From an uncultured Acidobacteriota bacterium (GTDB taxonomy: Bacteria; Acidobacteriota; Thermoanaerobaculia; Multivoradales; JAHEKO01): a stretch of DNA of 38,496 bases. The DNA is taken from NCBI GenBank assembly GCA_963713825.1, contig CAVQNG010000021.1, positions 1-38,496 of the forward strand, written 5' to 3'. The notes under the pieces are model-generated. The model did no database searches. It saw only the letters and a list, made by a program, of their open reading frames with translations, and had not been told where the DNA came from. The translations under genes and the position numbers were made by a program. Numbering within the stretch: position 1 is the first letter of the stretch; every line of letters begins with the position of its first letter. Shown here piece after piece: positions 31,386-38,496 of this stretch.

Positions 31386-32753
31386 ATGAATCGAAACAGT
31401 CTGGGATACATAGTGTTGATGACAGCTTGCTTGCTGCTAGCGACCTCTCTGGTAGCGGACCCGGGACAGGAGTCTCTTCCGGAAGACGAGCTCGGGCCGG
31501 AAATCTGGGTAGACGGTCCAGGGACCGTTCTGGATGGAGGTGGCCCCAATGGTCCGCATGTCGCTGTCGACGAATTCGGCACGCGTGTCCATGTCTGGGA
31601 GGTGTTTGACACAACGGGAGGGGATCGAGACGATGTCTACGTGCGCCGTTTCGACGCTGATGGGATTGCCCTGGCGGATCCCGTCATGGTCAACACCCTG
31701 ATCGACGAGGCGCAGCAGGACGCCCGGGTGGCGACCTCCTCGGACGGCTCGTTCCTGGTGATCTGGGAGAGTGCAGAGCCGAGTGCGACAAATCCCACTG
31801 TCGATCGGGACCGGGTTCGAAGCCAGGCCTTCGATGGTGACGGCAACAAGATTGGCACGGAGCAGCTGCTGAGCACCGTGTCGCCCGAGAGCCTCCAGCC
31901 ACTTCATATCGATGTGGCTGCGCTGCGTGTCACCGACGGCAGTCCCGGTGGCTACATCGTGGTCTGGGGTAGCTGGACCCCCAACGGGACAGACACCGGA
32001 AAGAACATCCAAGCACGCTTGGTGTCTCCGAATGGGACGCCGTTCGGTGCCCAGTTCCAGGTCAATACCACCATCGCTGGGGATCAGACGCAACCGGCCG
32101 TCACCGAGCTCCCGGACGGAGGGTTCCTGGTGGTGTACACATCACCGAAAAATAACTATTGGGCCAGCGCCTCGACGCCGCGGGTAGTCCCGTAGGTAGC
32201 GAGATCCAAATCAACGTCACTTTAGAGACCGCTGTAGCACAGCCCGATGTCGAGCTCGGCTGGAACGGGGTCGTTGGAGTGATCTGGGAAGACGATGAGG
32301 CGTCCGGCGATGCCGACGAAATTCGAGCTCGGCTCTTCGACTCCGACATGAATCCACTGGGGCCCGACTTCCGGGTCAACAATCTGGGCACAGATGATCA
32401 GCGGCAGCCTTCGCTCGGCAACTATGGCCCCGCCGGCTTCCTGGCAGTCTGGGGGAGTGACGTGAACGTCACCGCCGGGGACGATGACAGATAGTCTCAG
32501 CGTCCAGGCCAGGCTCATCACGGGTCCGAACACCTTCGATGGGCTCCAGTTTCAGCTCAACGACTGGATCGCTGGTCGGCAGCACAACCCTGCTGTGTCG
32601 GGCTGGTACGGAAGACTGGGCAGCGCCTTTCGAAGTGATTCGAACATCGATGAGAACGGCGCCGTAATCACCGGTCGCCAGATCGAGCACTGCATCTTCT
32701 GTGATGACTTCGAGTGGGGCAGTGAGTGGCGCTGGCCGACGGTGGTCGAGTAG
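31386..32753 (+). CDS. Secreted repeat protein (F-Q/R-VN repeats) with C-terminal IFxDDFExG motif; two apparent frameshifts
   Basis: Signal peptide; recurring (V/I)xARxF..G...G..FxVN...Q..P unit continues across ORFs 31386-32195, 32159-32494 and 32484-32753. Confidence 0.75.
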
Positions 32754-32768
32754 GTCAGATAGAGCGTT

Positions 32769-33335
32769 CTAGGCCATTTCGGTGGACAGCTCGCGCCGCA
32801 ACCATGCCTTGCTCTTGGACCAGTCGCGCTGTGCGGTTCTCAACGAGATGTCGAGAGCGTCGGCCGTCTCCTGCGGCGTGAGCCCGGCGAAGTAACGGCA
32901 GTCGAAGACCTGGGCCAATCGTCCATCGAGGTCACCAAGTCTCTCGAGGGCCTGGTCCAGGGCCAGAATCAGATCGGCCTGGCTTGCTTCGCCGATCTGC
33001 ACCTTGTCGAGCGGCACCGGGGGGATGCCCGAACCGCGTTTGGCAGCCGACTTGCGGCGGGCGTAGTCGACCAGAATCTGACGCATCGCACGGGCGGAGA
33101 TAGCGTAGAAGTGGTTTCGGTCGCTGACCTGGACGCGGGTCTGGTCCACCATGTTCATGTAGGCCTCGTGGACCAGCGCGGTCGTGTCGATCGTCTGGCC
33201 GGGTCGCAGGCGATTGAGCTGCTGGTGAGCGATCCTCTTCAAGTCCTCGTAGACCAGGGGCACGAGGCTCTTGAAGGCTTCAGGATCCCCTCCGCGATAA
33301 GCGATGAGGAGCTGCGTGATGTCGCCCTGCTTCAA
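32769..33335 (-). CDS. ECF sigma factor, TIGR02999/ECF43-like, kinase-associated
   Basis: DITQLL, LVPLVYEDLKRIA, TTALVHEAY, HFYAISARAMRQILVDYARR, KRG, RYFAGL, RDWSKSKAWL; TTGA overlap with the kinase stop codon. Confidence 0.92.
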   Translation of the reverse strand: MKQGDITQLLIAYRGGDPEAFKSLVPLVYEDLKRIAHQQLNRLRPGQTIDTTALVHEAYMNMVDQTRVQVSDRNHFYAISARAMRQILVDYARRKSAAKRGSGIPPVPLDKVQIGEASQADLILALDQALERLGDLDGRLAQVFDCRYFAGLTPQETADALDISLRTAQRDWSKSKAWLRRELSTEMA

Positions 33336-36129
33336 TCTTCTCTCCCGTGGCTCGCGAGCTGTTCGGCGAGGCTCGCCACCTCGATTATGAAGCCAGTCGT
33401 CGTCGAGTGGAAGCCCGCTGAAGAGGGCAACACCCCAGCGAACACGGAATTGGCCTCTTCGTCACGGCCCAGCTGATGGAGTGCACCGGCAAGCTCCAGC
33501 TGGGCCCTGCCAATCAACCAGTGGTCCGGTGTCAGCTCGGCCTGCCGCAGCGCCGAGACCTTCGCGCAATGCCGGCTCGGCCAGACTCGCCTGGTCCGAA
33601 TCGCACCAGATGCTGCCAAGGCCGATCAGAGAATCGGCCAAGTTTAGCTTCGATCCGCCCTCACGCTGCACGGTGAGAGCGTCGAGGAGCAGCTGCTCGG
33701 CTTCCTCTAGATCGCCCTGACGCTGAAGGGCTTGCGCGAGGAGACTCTTGACCCGGGCAGTCGCCTGGTGCTCCTCGCCCAGGAGGCGTTCGAACCGCTC
33801 AAGAGTCGACGAGATGCGGCAACGGCAGAGTCGTGTTGCCCCAGAGCAGACTGACAGCTGGCGTGATTGATCTCGCAGGCGATGCGCTGGAAGGGCTCGG
33901 AGACCGAGCCATGCATGTACTCGACCCACCTTCGGGTGAGCGGTTCGGCTTCCTGATAGCGCCCCTGATCCATCATCAGCCGCCCGATGTTACTCAGCAC
34001 CTCTGCGACCTCGACATGGTCCGGGCCGAGGCGACGCTCGCTCACCGCGAGTGCCTGGCGGTAGAGCTGCTCTGCCTCTTCGAACCTGCCGGAATTGTGA
34101 AGGTTGAAGGCGACGTTGTTCGTGAGCTGGGCGACGACCGGATTCTCCTCACCGTACAATCTCCGCAGTACCTCGAGGGACTCCTGCTTGAGCTCCAAGG
34201 CGACTTCGACGTCTCCGAGGTTTTCCAGTGTCGTGGCGAGAATATGGTTCGTCAGTGCGGCCTGCTCTTCGTTGCCGCTTTCTTGCCAGATGGCCAAGGT
34301 GCGACGAAGGATGGCTTCCGCCTCGGTGGCTTTCCCCACCGTGTTTCTGAGTTGAGCGAGATGGCCCAGGGTCACGGCCAGGTCTTCCGCCGAGACCGGA
34401 TCTTCAGCCTCGTGCAGGTGAACGGCCTCGACCAGGAATGCGTCGCATTCGTCGTACTCACCTCGCGCAAAATGGATGGCACCGAGTGTGGTCAGGCTCT
34501 TGGCGAGCTCCATGTTGGCCTCGGCCTCGGCTCGCAGGGAGGAGACCGAATCGCTGGCGAGGTCTGCGGCCTTGTCGAAGTCACCGATGCCCGTGTAGGC
34601 GCGGCTCATGACCTCGAGGAGTTGAGCGCGCAGGAAGGGTTCATCGGTGAGCTCGGTGCGGATGCGAGCTTCACCCTGGTCGAGCAGATCCCGAGCGGTA
34701 ACCTGCTCTCCCGCCTCTTGGCGAGGGTTGGCTGCTTCGAACAGGCTGCTCAGGAGATCGGCGACGCGTTCGGCTCGCTGTGCCTGGAGCTGGGCCCGGT
34801 CTCGCTCGCGAGCAGCCACACGACCCTGCCAGGCAATGGTCACGACTCCAGCCCCGAGGAGAAGGGAGATCAAAGCCGCTGCCGCAACGCTGAGCCGGTG
34901 CCGGACGACGAACTTCCCGGCCCGATATCTCCACGTGCTGCGCCGGGCATGGATCGGACGCCCTTCGAGATGTCGTTCGATGTCGTCTGACATCTCGATG
35001 ACCGATGCGTAGCGTCTCTCGGGCTCCTTGCGAAGTGCCTTGAGAGCGATCGTGTCGAGGTCGCCTTCGAGACGCTTCTGTAACTTCTGGGGAGACAGGG
35101 GGGGAGCCTCGAGATCCTCTCCGCCCGCGCCTGCCTCGATGACCCGGCTTGGTGGTTTGGTGAGCGTTTGGGCTCGATCCTCCATGGGTCCATTGGAGTC
35201 AGAGCCGGAGCCGCGCAGGCGGTCGGGGGTTGTCCCGGTCAAGAGCCGGTACAACAAGACTCCCAGAGAGTAGACGTCAGTGGCGGTGGAGACAGCACGA
35301 TTCTGGATCTGCTCTGGGGAGGCGTACTCGGGCGTCAACGGCTGGAAGGCGGTTGCCGGATCGCCCTCGGCTTCTTCGAGGATCTTGCCGACGCCGAAAT
35401 CGAGCAGCTTCGCCTGTCGCTGGGCAGTTACCAGAATATTGCTGGGCTTGAGGTCGCGGTGCACGGCGATGAGGTTCTGATGGGCGTACTGCGCAGCAGT
35501 ACAAACCTGCCGCATCAGCTCGAGCCGATCTCGTACCGATAGGCCACGGTTGCGGCAATACTCGTCGATGGGCTTCGCCGTCGACATACTCCATGACGAG
35601 ATACGGGAAGCCCTCGTCGATAGTGACCCCGCCATCGAGAAGTCGGGCGATGCCTGGATGCTCCAGGCGGGCCAGAATCTGCCGTTCGATGAGGAATCGC
35701 CGCTCCTTTTCAGGCGTTTCCAGGCCCCGGGGTATCAGCTTGAGGGCGACGCTCTTCTCGAAGTGCTCGTCGGCGCGCTCGGCGAGATAGACGACACCCA
35801 TGCCGCCGCGGCCAAGGACCTCGACGAGGCGGTAGCGGTCGATCGTCCGACCTGCCTGGTCGGTGTCGAGGGTCTCTCCGAGGTCGCTCGCCAGCCCTGC
35901 GAGCAGATCGGGAGTCCCCTCGCCGAGAGGCTGGTCCAGAATGTCTTCCTGATCCTGCGCTGCTGCGAAGAGCGCCTCGACTTCCCGACGGAGCTTCGAG
36001 TCGTCGCCGCACTGCTCCTGCAGGATCGACTCGCGATCCGATGCGTCCTCGGTAGTGCTCAAGAATCTGATCGAGGATTCTCGCGACCCGCGCCCAGTTG
36101 TCCCGATCGGTATGAGCTAGTTCCGTCAT
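33332..36129 (-). CDS. Membrane Ser/Thr kinase with TPR repeats (ECF-associated PknS/PknT-like); about four apparent frameshifts
   Basis: N-terminal W..V..I...L / CGDD..LRREVEAL; GRGGMGVVY, HPGIARLLDGG, HRDLKPSN, DFG, TPEYASPEQ, GDLDTIALKAL; TM segment; kinesin-light-chain-like TPRs; spread over five ORF pieces. Confidence 0.85.
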
Positions 36130-36207
36130 TGCAGGGGCGCAAAGATAGCAGACTGCCTGTGGCCCCTACTCGATCGGCCCGTGCCATGGTCTCTTGCTCA
36201 GCTCTTC

Positions 36208-36399
36208 CTAGCCGACTCTGCTGGCACCGCTGCTGGCTTCTGCTGATCGACCGAAGGCCGCCAGTCCAGCCAGTGAGCCGGCCAGAGCCGCCGTCCAGAC
36301 CAGGTCGATGGGGCTCGCCATGCCCCGCAGGGCCGTGAGGCCCCAAGAGGGCAGGAAGAGGAGGAAGGTCAGGGTCCAGTAGGTCAGGAATCGTTGCAT
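36208..36399 (-). CDS. Small 63-aa predicted two-TM membrane protein
   Basis: Strong RBS AAGGAGG 7 nt before ATG; fills the gap between co-oriented genes; two hydrophobic stretches. Confidence 0.6.
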   Translation of the reverse strand: MQRFLTYWTLTFLLFLPSWGLTALRGMASPIDLVWTAALAGSLAGLAAFGRSAEASSGASRVG

Positions 36400-36427
36400 G
36401 GGTCTAGCCTCCTTGTAGTTCCGGAGG

Positions 36428-37393
36428 CTAGATCCTGAGACTGTCAGCTGCTGTCAGTGGTTTCTTCGGGGCCTCGACTACGTCGACCGGTTTGGAGGCT
36501 CGAACCATGGCTACGGCGGCGAAGATCACGCCTGTGGCTATCAACATTCGCACGGTAACTGTCTCGTCCAGGATCAGCCAGCCCAGAAACACCGCCACCA
36601 CCACATTCAAGTAGGTGCTGCTGGCGACAATTGGTGCGGGCCAGTGGTCGAGAAGGTACACATAGGCGGTGAAAGCGATGACCGAGCCGAAGACGGTCAG
36701 GTAGAGGAAGACGGCACCGATGCCTTGCCAGCTGGGCTCGAACCGCTGCCATTCGCCTCGCACCACGCCGACAAGCGCCAGGGCCGTCCCACCGGCCAAC
36801 ATTTGCAGCGCCGAGTTGACCACCGGGCCACTTGAGATCGGATTGCGCTGCGAATAGACCGAGCCGAGAGACCAGGAGGCTGCGGCCGCGAGAATGGCCG
36901 CCGGGCCTCGCCAGTCGGCGCTGCGTAGCTCCTCGAGATCGATGCCGATCAGGCTGGCGGCAGCCATGAAGCCGACTACCAGGCCGACGAGTTGAATTGC
37001 GGTCGGGCGATACCGGAGGCCCGGCAAAGTGGCGGAGAACAGCACCATCCAAAGCGGTGAGGTGACGATGAAGATGGCGGCGAGACCCGACTCGACGAAC
37101 TGCTCGCCCCAGACCACAAGGCCGTTGCCGACTGTCAAGAGAAGCAGGCCGACGATGATGTTGGTGCGCCAGTCGACGGCACGGTTGGGCAGTGGCTGGC
37201 TTGTCAGACGTGCGTAGACCAACAGCATCAAGCCGGCTAGCAGGAATCGACTCGCAGCGAAGAGGGGCAGGCGGCAGTACCCCACGCCGATGCGAATCGC
37301 GAGGTAGGTCGAGCCCCACAAGAGACTGACCGTCGCGTAGGCGAAGAGGGTCGATGCTTCGAGACTCGGACGGGGCTGGCTATTGGCCGACAT
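36428..37393 (-). CDS. EamA/DMT family transporter (YedA-like)
   Basis: WGSTYLAIR, RFLLAG, GNGLVVWGEQ.V.SG, YLTVFGSVIAFTAY.YLL, VAVFLGWLIL.E. Confidence 0.92.
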   Translation of the reverse strand: MSANSQPRPSLEASTLFAYATVSLLWGSTYLAIRIGVGYCRLPLFAASRFLLAGLMLLVYARLTSQPLPNRAVDWRTNIIVGLLLLTVGNGLVVWGEQFVESGLAAIFIVTSPLWMVLFSATLPGLRYRPTAIQLVGLVVGFMAAASLIGIDLEELRSADWRGPAAILAAAASWSLGSVYSQRNPISSGPVVNSALQMLAGGTALALVGVVRGEWQRFEPSWQGIGAVFLYLTVFGSVIAFTAYVYLLDHWPAPIVASSTYLNVVVAVFLGWLILDETVTVRMLIATGVIFAAVAMVRASKPVDVVEAPKKPLTAADSLRI

Positions 37394-37505
37394 GGAGAGG
37401 AAGCCTCTCGGCAAGGTGCGATCGGAGCTCAGATCCTCGAGCTCGAGCCCATTGTGGTCGATCGCAAGGTCCAGAGTCGAGTCGAAGCAGGGGGGAGAAG
37501 GTCGC

Positions 37506-37511
37506 TATAAT
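37506..37511 (+). promoter_or_regulatory. Putative sigma70 -10 box
   Basis: Exact TATAAT about 50 nt upstream of the kinase start. Confidence 0.45.
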
Positions 37512-37563
37512 CAGGTTCCCATCCGAGAAGGAAGACCGGTTGGATCCAGAAAGGCGGCGAACC

Positions 37564-38496
37564 TTGATCGGTAGCACACTGTCTCAGTATCGAATCCTCG
37601 AGAAGATCGGAGAGGGCGGAATGGGGCGAGGTCTATCTCGCCGAGGACACCTCACTGAAGCGCAAGGTGGCCTCGGAAAGTTCTGCCTGCCGAGATGGCC
37701 GCTGATCCCGAGCGCCTGGCCCGCTTCAAGCGGGAAGCCGAAATCGGTAGCCGCCCTCAACCATCCCAACATCGTGACCATTCACTCGGTCGAAGAGGTC
37801 GATGGCACCCACTTCCTGACCATGGAGTGGGTGGATGGCCAGTACTCTGGGTGAGCTCATGTCGCGCGGCGCAATGCCACTGAACAAGGTCTTCTATCTT
37901 GGGGTGCCCATTGCCGACGCGCTGGCGTTGGCCCACGAGGAGGGCATCACGCACCGGGACCTGAAACCAGCGAACGTCATGGTGAACGACAAGGGCCGGG
38001 TGAAGCTCCTCGACTTTGGCCTCGCCAAGCTTGCCGTGGAGGGTGGTGAGGAAGGCTCGGATGAGCAACCGACCCAGGCTCTGACGCAGGAAGGGCTAGC
38101 GGTCGGAACGGTGCCCTATATGTCCCCCGAGCAGGTGCGGGGCGAGGGCGTCGATTACCGAACCGACATCTTCTCGCTGGGAGTATTGCTCTATGAGATG
38201 GCGAGCGGCCAACGGCCCTTTGGGGGCAAGAGCTCGGCCGACCTGGTTTCGGCCATTCTGCGGGACCGGCCGCCGTCGGTGACCGAGATCAGGGCTGAGT
38301 TGCCCCATCACCTCGGTCGGGTGCTGCAGCGATGCATGGAGAAGGATCCCGAGAAGCGCTTCCAGACCGCCAAAGACGTCAAGAACGAGCTCGAAGGCCT
38401 GAAGCTCGAGGTCTCCTCCGGGGTGGCGCGATTGAGCAGCGCTTCGATGCCGGCAGCTCCGCCGGAGACTCCAACCTCCGGTTCTCGTAAGGGCCT
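37564..38496 (+). CDS. Ser/Thr protein kinase, 5' part (runs off the window); several apparent frameshifts in 37620-37860
   Basis: TTG start LIGSTLSQYRILEKIGEGGMG; NHPNIVTIHSVEE; HRDLKPAN, DFG, GTVPYMSPEQ read from the sequence at 37950-38135. Closest to the 2861-5104 paralog. Confidence 0.85.

Noticed and set aside
33332-36129. Programmed ribosomal frameshifting in the split kinase genes
   Set aside because: Too many shifts at unrelated positions, with no consistent slippery motif; sequencing error is the simpler explanation.

Overview
GC-rich bacterial window, densely coding, with no rRNA, tRNA, CRISPR array or transposase recognised. The gene content suggests Acidobacteriota (inference only). 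Main blocks: (1) seven Hanks-type Ser/Thr kinases with beta-propeller or TPR C-termini, five clustered in the first 14.5 kb; (2) an ARPP-1/DUF6569-like gene followed by a repeat-rich structured intergenic region; (3) a DUF1302-DUF1329-YCF48-RND envelope transport operon flanked by exported hydrolases, an outer-membrane barrel and an orphan TPP-dependent E1 alpha/beta pair; (4) a kinase plus ECF43/TIGR02999-type sigma module next to a secreted repeat protein. The most unusual observations are an in-frame GTAG-type REP/tandem-repeat insertion inside one kinase catalytic domain, a serine hydrolase fused to a SAM-halogenase/hydrolase-like C-terminal domain, a perfect 34-bp palindrome with a structured leader upstream of the DUF1302 operon, and a junction of two truncated genes at about 592. 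Frameshifts cluster at both window ends and are probably sequencing errors. All family calls come from motif recognition by eye, not database searches.
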